From: Guillardia theta CCMP2712
Taxonomy: Eukaryota; Protista; Cryptophyta
Length of the DNA stretch: 64,000 nucleotides
NCBI RefSeq assembly: GCF_000315625.1
Contig: NW_005434611.1
Coordinates: 121,523-185,522 of the forward strand
Direction: 5' to 3'
Shown piece by piece: positions 19,668 through 31,955 of the stretch. The notes beneath the pieces were generated by a model. The model was not told where the DNA came from, searched no databases, and saw only the letters and a list, made by a program, of their open reading frames with translations. How positions within the stretch are numbered: position 1 is the stretch's first letter; every line of letters begins with the position of its first letter. The translations under genes and the position numbers were made by a program.

Positions 19668-22600
19668 ATGAAGCGTTTATTGCGCCCAAGCCTATCAAGG
19701 GCGGTTAGCAAGCGCCCTATACGCCGGCTTCATGCCACAGGCAGCGATCTGAACAAACAGCAAATGGCGCATGCAGCTGCAGACGCTGAACCTGTACAGG
19801 TCGTGCTTAACACAACCTCAACCTCAACCAAGCCCCGAGTTGTCCCAGACTTCATTATCAATCATGTCGCTCCCACACATAGTGGGAGTGCTTGGTTGCA
19901 GAGCAAGAGGTTATCGGAGAAGGAAGCTTATGGCGAAGCATCGCTCGAAGGTGGCTACAAGCAGTTCAGAGAGGACATTCGCAACATTGTGCCGGATTCT
20001 CGCGTTTTTACTGATCCAGTTCGCACGCTTGCTTACGGCACAGATGCGAGTTTTTATCGCCTGGTCCCCAAGATTGTTGTCAAGGTGCATGATGAGGCTG
20101 AAATGATCAAACTTGTTCAGTACGCAGCGAAAAACAAGACACCCGTTACTTTCCGTGCTGGTGGTACGTCGCTTTCAGGACAAGCCATCACAGACTCAAT
20201 TCTGTTGAAATTGGGACACACTTGGCGGTACCGCAAGATCTGGGATGACGGCAAGTACATCACTGTGGAGCCTGGGTGGATCCTCGGGCAAGTCAACAGA
20301 ATGCTAGCACCTTATGGACGTAAGCTGGGACCAGATCCTTCTTCCATCGACTCATGCTGGATTGGAGGCGTCGTTGCCAACAACTCTTCAGGAATGTGCT
20401 GCGGTGTTGCACAGAATACCTACCACACCATCAAGGACCTTCGCATCGTGTTTCACGATGGAACCATTCTTGATACGGCAGACTCTGTTAGCTGGGCATC
20501 CTTTCAGCGAACGCACAAGCATATCGTCGATGGAGTGATGCAACTTGCGAAACAAGTCAAAGCGGACGAAGAGCTATCTGCCCTGATAAGGAAGAAGTTC
20601 AGCATCAAGTGCACCACCGGCTACAGCATCAATGCTCTTGTGGATTTCGACGAGCCGCTTGAGATCATCAAGCACTTGATGGTTGGCTCTGAAGGAACCC
20701 TTGGTTTTGTGTCGCGTGCAACCTACAACACTGTCCCAGATTATAAGGACAAGGCCTCAGCGTTCATCGTGTTTCCGACTGTTGAAGATGCCTCCAACGC
20801 AACTTGGGAGCTCAGAAAGGCAAAATGCACAGATGCTGTGGAGTTGATGGATAGAAGATCTTTGAGTGAGGAAATTGTTTTGCAAATCTTTTTCTGACTG
20901 CCACTCGAAGGAACTTGTGAGAACATGGAACACCTGCATTTTTTGAGAGGAATTCCCGATACTGCAACGGCACTTCTTGTTGAGTATGTTTTGTTTCTCG
21001 CACAGGTTTCCATGCTAACCACAGTTGAAAGATGCCGTGGATCCAATGCGGAAGAAATGCAAGCTCGTATTAATCAGGCTGAGAAGACCATCAACGATGC
21101 CGGGCTGCTTACGTACGTCTGGCGCATGCTTTGATTGAACATTCGCTAAAACAGCATGTTAGGCTCAATGGCATTAACTTCTCTCGAGACCCTGCTGTTT
21201 GCACTGCGTACTGGGATGCTCGTAAGGCGTTGATCCCCATGGTCGGTGCTGTGCGTGAGGCTGGAACCTCTGTTTTGCTCGAGGATGTTGCAGTTCCAGT
21301 TCAGGTCAGCATCAATGTCGTCACACGTTCTGGAATTAATTTTGTATCCCGACCAGAACCTGGCCAAGCTCTGCAATGGATTGGAGGAGATGTTTAACAA
21401 ATTCGAATACTATGACGGATCTGCATTTGGCCACGCTCTTGAAGGAAATTTGCATCTTGTTTTCACTCAGGTTTCTCGCCCTGCACAAGTTTGAAGTTTC
21501 ATGACCTTCAAATTTTCAGGGCTTTGACACCCCTGAGGAGGTCAAAAGATATGAGGCGATGATGGACTATCTGTGCAAGCTCGTTGTGTCGCTCGAAGGC
21601 TCACTCAAAGCTGAACATGGTTGAAATCCTTTCGTGTAGAAATTAAGAGCTCACAAGGTGTTGCAGGAACCGGAAGGAATGTTGCTCCTTACGTCGAGAT
21701 GGAATGGGGCAAGAAGGCTACCGAAGTCATGTGGAAGCTCAAGAACCTCTTTGACCCCAGGTGATTCCCTCGATCGTAATTGATTTTGCAATTAACCTGA
21801 AGACCTTCAGTGACTTGCTCAACCCGGGAGTCATTTTGAACAAGGATCCCAACGTGCACACTCAGAATTTGAAGCCCCTCCCTGTTGCTCATGGCATCGT
21901 GGATTCCTGCATGGAATGCGGATTCTGCGAATCAGCTTGTCCTTCTGGACACGTTACTCTGACTCCACGCCAGAGAATTGTGGCCACTAGAGAAATTTCT
22001 CGCCTGGAGGCCCTCAACACAGCATCGAGCCTTGACAAAGCTGAGGAGATGCGCAAGAGCTATGAGTACCTTGCACTCGACAGCTGCGCCGCAGATGGAA
22101 TGTGTGCCGAGAAGTGCCCTGTTAACATCAACACCGGCCGCATGGTCAAGGATCTCCGTGCCAAGAGTGTTGAATCTAACACTGACTCTTATGTGAACCA
22201 ACTGGCAACCATCGCCTCCAAGAACTTCGGCCTCATGATGGGAGGCGTACCAATCGTGCTCAACACTGTGGATCTGTTCCACAAGCTTCTTGGAACCAAG
22301 GTCATGAGCCTGGCTTCCTCCTTTGTTGGCCCTCTTGTGGGGCTCCATTGGAACCCCTACCTTGCTCGTGGAGCCTCGCCCATCAAGGCACCACCCTCGG
22401 CAGTGCAGACTAATGCCCAGAACAAGAAAGTCGTCTACTTTGCCACCTGCGTTTCTCGCACTATGGGCCCAGCAAGAGGGGACTTCGAGGAGGCCTCAAT
22501 CCATGAGAAGACGATGAGTGTTTTGGCTAAGGCAGGCTACGAAGTCATCCTGCCCAAGGGACTGTCGAACGCCTGCTGCGGACTTATCTTCGATTCACGT

Positions 22601-23325
22601 GGATACCCAAAGCAGGGAGAGGAGCAGGGCAACAATCTCGAAGCTCTTCTCCTCGAAGCATCGGAGAACGGAGCTATCCCTATCCTGTGTGATACCTCCC
22701 CTTGCCTGATGAGGATGAAGGAAACCTTCCAGGATGCAAAGCTCAAGTCGGCCATGTACGATCCCACGGAGTTTGCAGCGAACTACCTGATGGAGCACCT
22801 GGTGGTTGCCAAGCGAGAGAAGAGCATTGCGATCCACGTGCCTTGCAGCAGCAAGAAGATGAAGAAGGACAAGTACTTCGAGCAGATCGCTCGTGCTTGC
22901 GCTATGGAGGTGACGATGAGCCCCGTTCCCTGCTGTGGTATGGCGGGAGACCGCGGTCTTCGCTTCCCTGAGATCTCTGGAGGAGGTGTCCAGTCCTCTG
23001 TCAAGGTACATACTGTTCTCCAGCTCCTCTGCTGCTCTCTCTCTGATCTTCTGAACAGGTTCCTCCCGGAGCTGCAATGGTGATTCGTGACCCTGCTGTT
23101 GGTCCCAACACCACCATCGCATGGGACGAGGTGAAGGACAACTGCAGTGAGGTGCGTTGACACGTTTTATCCCTTCGACGGTGGTGATGACATGATTTAC
23201 AGGGGTTCTCGACCTCGAGGACTTGCGAGATCTCACTGTCCAACTCTACCGGCTCTCACTTCAAGAGCATCATGTACTTGTTGGATCGTTGCACCATCGC
23301 CAAGGAGAGCCAGGCGACCGCCTAA
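19668..23325 (+). CDS. FAD- and Fe-S-containing D-lactate/glycolate dehydrogenase (Dld-II / Chlamydomonas GYD1 type), with a mitochondrial presequence
   Basis: Presequence MKRLLRPSLSRAVSKRPIRRLHA. FAD-binding motifs AYGTDASFYRLVP, FRAGGTSLSGQA, GPDPSS, GGVVANNSSGMCCG, GSEGTLGF, GHALEGNLH, GSLKAEHG|TGRN. 4Fe-4S motifs CMECGFCESACP and CAADGMCAEKCP. CCG motifs ACCGLIF and CCGMAGDRG. Ends ...RTCEISLS...AKESQATA* (TAA 23323-23325). Several ~40-55 nt introns. Confidence 0.93.
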
Positions 23326-23401
23326 ACTTTCCTTCGTCCTTGTTTATAGACAGCAAATGTATTCATCTTCTTGTATCAGTACACAGTGAACTCGCCCCGA
23401 G

Positions 23402-24544
23402 CTAGTGCTTCCTCCTTGCTGAAAGCTTGTCCCCCAACTGTGTATCGTTACATGATACCTTCACATATCCTCCACCTCACCTTATACTCTACCAGCCGCT
23501 CTTTGTGCGCGAACAGGAGCAGCTCCATTTTGATTCTAGTCTCATTGATGGCTCTTACCAGCACCTTGTTCTCCTCACAGGCTGCGAGAAAGTCTCGGTA
23601 CTTCTCTCTCCTCTTCTTCTCGTCCTTCATCATTCCTGCCCCGGTCAAGAAAACCCCGCAAAGCATCGTCAGCTCCTCTGCTGGCAGCTTTATCCCCACC
23701 CTGCCCGACCCACAGTGAGGAACGGGCCCCTGTCATATCGGACTTACCTCGTCATCTCCTTCCTCATTTTCTCCATCTCCTCCGTGTCGTAGCCCTCGGA
23801 CTCCGATCCATCCTCTGACTTGACGGATCGATCGCTCTGCTTCCCTCCGCTGTTCTCGCCCTCGCCCTCGCCCTCGTCTTCCTCCTCCTCGTCCTCGTCC
23901 TCGTCCTTCGCCTCTGTTGCTTCTGAACGTTGAGAGCTCTCGATGTCATCATCGAAGAACTCTCCCGACCTCTCATCGTCCAGCAGCTCGTCCTTCTCCG
24001 CCATGCTCACTTTGTCGTCGTCCTCCACCCAGCTCTCCTCCATCAGGTCCTGGCTGTCTCCTCCTTCTGATTCATCCTCATCCACAAACTTGTCTAGTCT
24101 GTCTCCCTGCCTCGCGGACGGCTCCTTCACCCCCTCCCGCGCCGCCGCCTTCATGGCCCTCGGAGTGATCGGCCGTGGCTTCTTGATTGCCCGAGGTGCA
24201 GCAACTGACCCCTTGGTCCTCCTCCCCTGCTCCACCTTGACCTCCTGCTGTGGGTGACCAGAGCCCTGCGTTGCTGCTTGCTGCTTCCCCGATCGACCCA
24301 TTCTTGCTCCTCCTCTGAGCCTCAGGCTTCCATTTTCACACCCCTGGTGTTCATCCTTGAACCGCAACTGCGAGAAGCAGAGGGTCGAGGGCAAGGCCCT
24401 TGCTTCCAGACAAATCTTCATGCATCCTACTGCTCCTCGATCTCCCCCTCCTCGTTCTCCTCCTTCCCTTCCTCCCTCAATCCTCATCATCCCAGACCCC
24501 CAAACCATCGCGATCCCCATCAGCCACCGGCTCGGACCCGCCAT
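23402..24544 (-). CDS. Hypothetical protein: N-terminal leader, LRLRGG motif, basic then highly acidic region, helical C-terminus
   Basis: ORF 23744-24568 plus exon about 23481-23712 (GIKLPAEELTMLCGVF...ERLVEYK) and a last exon LGDKLSARRKH* (stop 23402-23404). Confidence 0.7.
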
Positions 24545-24559
24545 TTTGAACTGAAACCG

Positions 24560-24900
24560 GGCTGTCACAGGTCCGGGAGTCCCTTGAGCCTCGGAGTGCC
24601 GCTAGTCATCGGCCCGGCCGGGCGCCGGGCGGCCGCCGTGAAGGCCCTGAGTGAGCCGCCGCCGCTGTGCCAGTGAGCAGACGGTACTGACTGTCAGTCA
24701 GTCCACAGGGCTCCTCCGAGCGCCGGACTCAGAAGCTCTGTCGGATCGGACCGTTCGTGAAAGACAGGCTGAGCCGCAGTGCTCGAAGGCTGAACCCTGC
24801 GGGCCGCTGTGCTGCGCACTCACCCCTCAGCGGCGGCGGCCAGTCGGAGCCGGGCCGGGCCCCTCTGGTTCACCATCATCACCGGATTGCTGGCTCGGGT
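24560..24900. promoter_or_regulatory. GC/CpG-rich palindrome cluster forming a short bidirectional promoter region
   Basis: Lies between ATGs at about 24544 (-) and 24932 (+). Contains ACTGACTG-T-CAGTCAGT (24686-24702) and CCGG/GGCC clusters. Confidence 0.55.
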
Positions 24901-24931
24901 CACAAAATTCAGTCATCAGAGGGCACGAAAC

Positions 24932-25965
24932 ATGCTTGGGTTGCTGGGGATGCGATGGCGGGCGGTGGCGAGGAGCTGCGCGATGAACTATGCGAGGAGG
25001 CAAAAAAAAGGAGCAGCAGGAGCAAGAGAAGGAGCAGGAGCAGCAGCTAGGAGAAGGTGAAAATCAACGCTCTCTTGTTTGCGCCATGATATCATCCCTT
25101 TGCTGCCTGCCGGCTCGTGCTGTTGCGACGCTCTTCATGGCCGTGTGCATGCGCTCGTTGACGCCTACTTGCAGTTTCTCTACCGATGATAAGGGGAAAG
25201 AAACGGCGAAAAGTGATGAAAACACAGCTGGATTGATCGCGAAAGAGAACGATAGAAGCATTCTGCCTGCGTCCAAGGCAGGGGAGGGGAATGTGGAGAA
25301 TCAATTGCAGACGTCAGAAGGTAACAAGGAGAATCAACTGGCTGTCAAGGAGAAGGAGCGCTACTTTTTCATTTCTCAGGAAACCTATGACAAGTACACA
25401 GAGCCCTTGCCACAGGTCTTGTCGAGCAGCTCCCCTGTGCTGTAATGACCCTGTGTTGCAGGACTACGAGCACCAAGGTCGCTTCTCTTTCACATCCTTT
25501 GGAGCGTTGTTCAGGAAATCGGTCAAGAAGAAGAGGTTTGGTCCGCTCTGGCACTTGTTTCAGGCAGTACTCTCGGCGATGCCTGCCCTGTGCCTCTGGT
25601 TCGTCGTTGAATTAAAGGAACGGGACTGGGGCCGGAAGTACCCCGAACTTGACTTCTCCCAGGCGATCGTTCAGATCTCAAGCAAGAAAGAGGAGGCCCA
25701 GGTCGATACGGACGCTGAACTCATGGATGTCGCGTCCATGACTACGCTGAAGGAGCAAGAGCTCGAGAAGTTGTACAACAAAGGTGTCATCACTAAGGAA
25801 GAGTACGAGGTCAACAGGGGCCACCTAGATACAGTCCCACTGGCTGTCCCGGACAGGTTGCTCACGATTGAAGACGAGGTCTCGAGAATACGAAAGGAGA
25901 TGTCTCAACTGCAGACAAAGAGAACGAAAACAGTATTGGACGAAGTTGGTCAAGTAAAAAATTAG
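24932..25965 (+). CDS. Small mitochondrial single-pass membrane protein with a SHOCT-like C-terminal helix pair
   Basis: Spliced N-terminus MLGLLGMRWRAVARS...AAARR|SFSTDDK resembles a presequence with an R-x-F-S cleavage site. One TM segment (LWHLFQAVLSAMPALCLWFVV). ELEKLYNKGVITKEEYE matches the SHOCT consensus. Confidence 0.7.
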
Positions 25966-26030
25966 CACGAGTGTGAACACGTTGGAAACCGACTCAACCA
26001 CCGATCCATCATGTGGTTTAAAGTACGACA

Positions 26031-27001
26031 TCATAACTCTTGTCTCATATCATGCACAGTCAGACTGGTTGCCAGCGAAGTCCAGTTTTCCATGTAGTCT
26101 ATCACCAATTTCAACGACAAGCATCAGGCGTCAATCGCCAACAGTACCTTCGTAGTCCAACGAATGGGCCCAAGTCACCATGTCAAAATCCTGCACGTAC
26201 TCTCAGAGATCCGCAAGCAGGCGGCACGTCCTACCTCACGCAGATCATCCTCGTCCTCGACCCCTTCCTCCTCTTCTTCATTCTCTCCCTCCTCCTCCCC
26301 TTTCGCATTGTGACTTTCTCCCTTCGGCCTGTACATCCTCGACATCCATTCCTTCTTCTTCTTGAGGCGCTTGGCATGAGCCAGGTGCTTTCTCGTTGTG
26401 CAGGAGTGGTGGAAGTCAGGTTTTTTTTGGTCGGCCGTCCTTGCCGTGACCGGATCGACGTTGAACAGGAGCTTGTTGGCGATGGGACGCCAGCCGTTGT
26501 TCTCAAACCTCTTGTACCAGCCTCCTCGATCGACCTGAGCCGTCACATCCTTCATCGTCTCTTGCCGGCTGTCGTCCATCAACGCGTCATTGTGCCGCTG
26601 CAGCAGGTAGAATTGGTTCGGCCTGCCTGCCGTGTAGTCGCGAGGGGCGAATGAACCCAGGTCTGTAACTGGAGCCCTGACGAAGATCTTGTAGTAGACC
26701 ACTGGGGGGAACACGCTCCCCCCCAGCCGGAACCTGACCACAGCACCAGATGCTCTGTCCTGCACGAGGGCTGCCTCAGACGGGTTGATGCTTTTGAGGA
26801 GCAAGGAAGGGTCCCCCCGGTTGCGGAAGTTGATGAGGCTTCGATAGTACTGATAGATACGCACATTCTGTATGCAGGGAGGGTCATGGGGAGAGGACGC
26901 AGTCTGCACAAAGAAGGACGCACAATGAAACTTCGAAAGCTTCGCTGTATGACGTTGGCAGCTTCGTCGGGTGACAGACCTCGCTTCTTCTTGTACACCA
27001 T
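26031..27001 (-). CDS. C11orf65/MFI-family protein with an N-terminal IQ motif
   Basis: AANVIQRSFRSF|NVRIYQYYRSLINFRNRGDPSLLLKSINPSEA..VRFRLGGSVFPPVVYYKIF..DLGSFAPRDYT..WYKRFENNGWRP, with C-terminal VTWAHSLDYE|DYMENWTSLATS. These match the conserved blocks of the family as recalled. Stop at 26031-26033. Confidence 0.82.
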
Positions 27002-27693
27002 CGCGAGCCTCCCGCATGCGCCTTCACTGCATGACCATCGATGTCGATCGCTGAGTCATCCCTTGCGGGTACCTGATACCAGAGAAGTCTCAGCAACCGA
27101 ATGCGAATCAAAGAAAAACTGCCATTTGATGCCTCCCTCCTCTCTCTATCTCCCTCCCTCCCTCCTCTCTCTCTCCCTCCCTCCCTCCTCTCTCTATCTC
27201 CCTCCCTCCCTCCCTCCTCTCTCTCTCTCTCTCCCTCCCTCCCTCCTCTCTCTCTCTCCCTCCCTCCCTCCTCTCTCTCTCTCTCTCTTTCCCTCCTCTC
27301 TCTCTCTCTCTCTCTCTCTCCCTCCCTCCTCTCTCTCTCTCTCTCTCTCTCTCCCTCCCCCCCCTCTCCCTCCCTCCCTCCTCCCTTCGCTCTCCCTCAC
27401 TCCTTCCAACGGCCTGGCATCCTGCACTCCGTACAACCTCAGACCCTTTGCATCCACCCCCACTAGACTACCCTTTGCTCAAAAGTACCCTACTTTATCA
27501 TGTTAAAGTACCCGGTATCTTGTGATATTTCAAAGTACCCTACCCTATCGAATCAAGGACAGAAAATCTCACAAATCGATTTGAACCAAATAATGACTTG
27601 ATTTGAATCGATTTTGACCTCCCCGACTTGACGAACTCGGAAATTTTGACTGGCCGTAGTGCTTTGCGGAAACTTTCACTATGGAGTAGAGCG

Positions 27694-27810
27694 GAGAGAG
27701 GAGAGAGGAGAGAGGAGAGAGGAGAGAGGAGAGAGGAGAGAGGAGAGAGGAGAGAGGAGAGAGGAGAGAGGAGAGAGGAGAGAGGAGAGAGGAGAGAGGA
27801 GAGAGGAGAG
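27694..27810 (+). repeat. (GAGAGGA)n heptamer array in an intergenic region
   Basis: Perfect heptamer run. A CT-rich tract of opposite polarity lies at about 27133-27400. Confidence 0.95.
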
Positions 27811-28032
27811 AAGAAGACAGGTGCGCGGACCACTGAGTGGCAGGGCAGCACAAAGCAGGGAGACAATCATTGTGGAAGCTCAAATTTTCAGAGGTTGAGA
27901 AGAAAGCAAGAGAGAGGGAAAAGTGGGAAGAAAAGTTGCAGCAGTGGCAGGAACTCAGATGTGAATGGCTCAACTCAATGACGTTGAGGATCGTCATATT
28001 TCCCGTTGTTCACCATCACAAACAAGTCAGTG

Positions 28033-30243
28033 ATGATTGAAATGAGCATGTACAGTGGATTGTTGCTCCTGCTCCTTACCCTCATTCTCTCTTGTTGGTC
28101 CGTTCCTTTCACGTCCGGGGAGGAGGAAGCAGCTCTGGAGACGGTGGACACGTTACAGGAGGAAGAGGTGCAGGAGGAAGGAGGAGGTTGCAGGTTCTTC
28201 GTCTTTCCTCCTGCGGACTTTGAGTTCTCGGACGACCCCCCCGTCCTCACCATCCACATAGACGGATGTCCTATGGGCTACTTGCGTATCGAACTTCACC
28301 TGACGACAAACGGTCACGACGTCCTCCTCAAGAACTTCAACGTCAGGATGGGAGAAGAGAAGGAGGAGCCGTTGCTGGGAGGCTTGCAGCCTGCGCAGGA
28401 GGAGCAGGAGATGGAGGAGGAGGCTGTGCGATACAGTAGGCATCTTACCCTGGTCCTTGGTGAGCTTGTCAACAACTACGTGTACCAGGGGACGGTGAAG
28501 ACGTTCGAGGTATCGGGGGAGGGGACGCGGCCGATGTCTGTCCACCCGATGCGCTTCACTGTGCGCATGCCATCAACTCCGCAAGTCTTGATCAGCTTCC
28601 CGCCACAGGGCTGGAGGTTCGAGGGAGGGTCAGAGGTCCAGGTGATCCTGACGATCTCCGAGGGGACGGGGGAGCGGCAGACGTCGAAGTTCGTGTCAGT
28701 TCTGGTAGTGTGGTTCCTCAATGGGGTTTACCAGGGGGTCGTTAGGAACCGAGCGAACCAGTTCGAGCTCCCGACGGGGATTGAGAGGAGGAGGAGGGGA
28801 GAGTACAATTTGACTGTGATGCTCCTGGACATTGCTCTACATCCCTATGATGCGAATGCGTCTGTGCTCTTCTCGGTTGTGCCAGAGGAGGAGAAGGAGG
28901 AAGAAAGGGACGAGACGGAGGGAGGGAAGAAAGCTTGCCTGCTGAGAGAGGAAGAGGTATGCTCGCTGACTGCTGCTGCTGCTGCTAGTGATGACAACGA
29001 TGTTGTCAGGTCGTTCACAATGATTGGGCAACCTTCATGTTCAACGAGTATGAATCCTTCTCTTCTCCAGCCAATTTGCACCAACCAGGTTTAACATCTA
29101 CACGAACCTGAATGTTTTGCCTTCTCACATCCATTCCTTGTTTTCCATTCCTTGGTAGTGAATCAGACTGCCGGCTGCCAACACAACTGCACGCAAGGGC
29201 GGTGCGTCGACGGTGTCTGCATCTGCAACCCGGACTTCTTCGGAGAGGATTGCTCTGCCTCTCCCTTCCTCCACTCCTCCTTCCTCCCCGAGGTGCAGCT
29301 GCGAACTCTCGCGGAGACGCTGCCAAGTCCTTGACGTGGAAATCTTCTCACCTCCCTCCGACAGGTGCTGACACAGGATCTGCCGTGCACTCCGAGGCAG
29401 TCAAGGGATACGCTCGAGAGATTCACCCCGCTGTTCCTGCGCCACGTCATTGCCTCCCAGGTCACCCTTGGAATGTTTACAGCCCCATCGCTTCAGGTCA
29501 TTGACAACTTTTGACGCCATCAGTACAAGCAAGCATGCGACCGGCAGACGATCTTCTTTCAGGACATTTCGGTTGGCAACAAGGTGAACAAGAACAGTCA
29601 AGGAATCCTTTTCACACTGCTGATACTACTCCTGCTCTGCTCTGCCCTGCTCTGCTCTGTGCTGTGCTGTGCTGTTCTGCCCTGCCCTGTCCGCTCCGCT
29701 CCATCCTTCTCCCCTCTCCACTTGCTAATGCTGTGCGCTGCTCTCGTCTCATTTCGTCTGCTCCTCCACTCCTCCTGTCCACCTCTCCCCTCCACTTCCT
29801 CTCCTCCTCCTCCTCTCCCCCCCTCACCTCACCTCCAGGGCATCGGATTTGCATTGCGGTGGCTCTCAACAGCTCTCGTCCAGGTGCCTCCCCTCCCATC
29901 CGGCAGTTTGCGGGGTTTTGACAAGCAGCTGGGCAGGCGATGGGTGTCAACAGATCCCTCGTGGTGGACTCCAGCTGGAGTTGGATGAACTTCCCACCTT
30001 GCCATGAGCTCGGTTGCTCTCGACCGCTGCGTCTCCTCTGCTGACGTGTCATCCTGCAAGGACTCGAGTGTTACCTCGAACGCGCGTCCGCCTGCCGGGT
30101 CAACCGGACGGAGGGTGCCAATGCTGATCATGTGCCGACAGTCCAGGTGGGAGGAAGACGTGGTGGAGGAGGGGCGACGTGGGAGGAGGAGGAAATGGAG
30201 GGAGAAAAAGGGAAGGGAAATGGGGGAGGAGAAACATGAGAGA

Positions 30244-30302
<59 letters not shown>

Positions 30303-31681
30303 TGGGGACGAAGGGGGAAGAGGATGGGGAAGGAAGACAACGACGACGAGGAAGAAGATGGAGAGAGAAAGGAAGAGAACTGATGTCTTCGTTACCTCTT
30401 CCATCCTCGCCGTCTCGACATCTCCACTTTCGTTTGTTCAGGACATTCCAGAGTCGCTCAAAGGCATGGGAGCGGTGAGGGTCCAAGAGACTACCCCTCA
30501 CTTGGCAGCCATTCGAACCCCCCCTTCCTCCTCTCCGCCCCTCTGCTTCTACTGACCTTCTGCTCCTCACCATCACCTCCTTGCCTCTCTCTTCCACACA
30601 CCTCCTGTCTTCCTCGTCAGACTCCTCCGCGACTCGCCTTCTCTCCCCATCTCCTTTCCAACCCTGACGGAATCTATGTCTTCTCCTTCACGTCCCTCCT
30701 AGCACATCCTACCTACCTTCTCCTCAGCCCAGACCCGCCCCCCTTCCGCCCAGCTTCTCCTTCTCCTCCCCTTTCCCCTCACCCTGCTCCCTTCCTGCCC
30801 AACTCACCTCCTCTCTTCAGCTCTGGCTCTCCTCCCTCGCCCTCGCCCACCTCACCCGTCCGATCTTGGCCTTCGCTAGCAGGAAGCCGCAACCCCTCCT
30901 CCAGCCCTCCCGAGCGGCTCATCCTCCTCCTCGCAGGCTGCGGCAGGTCAAGACAGAGATCGGCTTCCACGGGAGCATCATTGGTGTTCATGTTCGACAC
31001 GGAGATTCTTGCTTCGACGACAACAGAAAGTGAGGCTACAAGAACAGATCTGTCCTCCTATCTGCCCTCCTGCCTCACGACTTTCTCCTCCTCCCTGCTC
31101 ACTTTCAGCGTTTCTTCTGTTGTCCATACCCCTTGGACCTCCCGTCTGCTGTTCTGTTCCTACACGTTTGCTTCCGTTTACCTCTCTAACTCTTCGTCTT
31201 TTTATTCTCCTCCCCCTCCCCTTTCTCCTCCCCCCCCCCCCTCCCCCTCCTCGTTTTTTTCCTGTCCTCCTCCTTCTTCTCTATCTCCTCAGAGGCTGCC
31301 TACCGTTCCATCGCTATCTCGAGGGGATCCAACACCTCAGACGCAAGTAGCCGCTCCCATATAGCTTCTCCTCCTCTCAGTCCTCCTCTCAGGTATAATA
31401 TCTCAAAGGTCTTCATCGCATCCGATGATCCTCAGGTCCGTCCTTCCTCCTCGTGCTTCCGTTCTGAACCTCTTCTCTTCCCTTCCCTTCCCTTCCCTTC
31501 CCTGACCCTTCTCTCCTCCTTTTCCGACCTCTTCCCCACCTTGGTCCTCCTGTTCCTGCTCCTGTTGCTGCTCCTGCTGCTGCTCCTGTTGCTGCCCCTG
31601 CTCCTGTTGCTGTTGCTGCCCCTGCTCCTGTTGCTGCTCCTGCCCCTGCTCCTGTTGCTGCTCCTGTTGCTGCTCCTGTTG

Positions 31682-31745
<64 letters not shown>

Positions 31746-31771
31746 TGCTGCTCCTGTTGCTGCTCCTGTTG

Positions 31772-31810
<39 letters not shown>

Positions 31811-31921
31811 ATCCTGCTCCTGCTCCTGCTCCTGTTGCTGCCCCTGCCCCTGCCCCTGCCCCTGCTCCTGCTCCTGCCCCTGCTCCTGTTGCTGCTCCTG
31901 TTGCTGCTCCTGCTCCTGTTG

Positions 31922-31955
<34 letters not shown>

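Noticed and set aside
27694-27810. (GAGAGGA)n as a telomeric repeat
   Set aside because: Internal, short and flanked by ordinary genes; indistinguishable from the other purine microsatellites.
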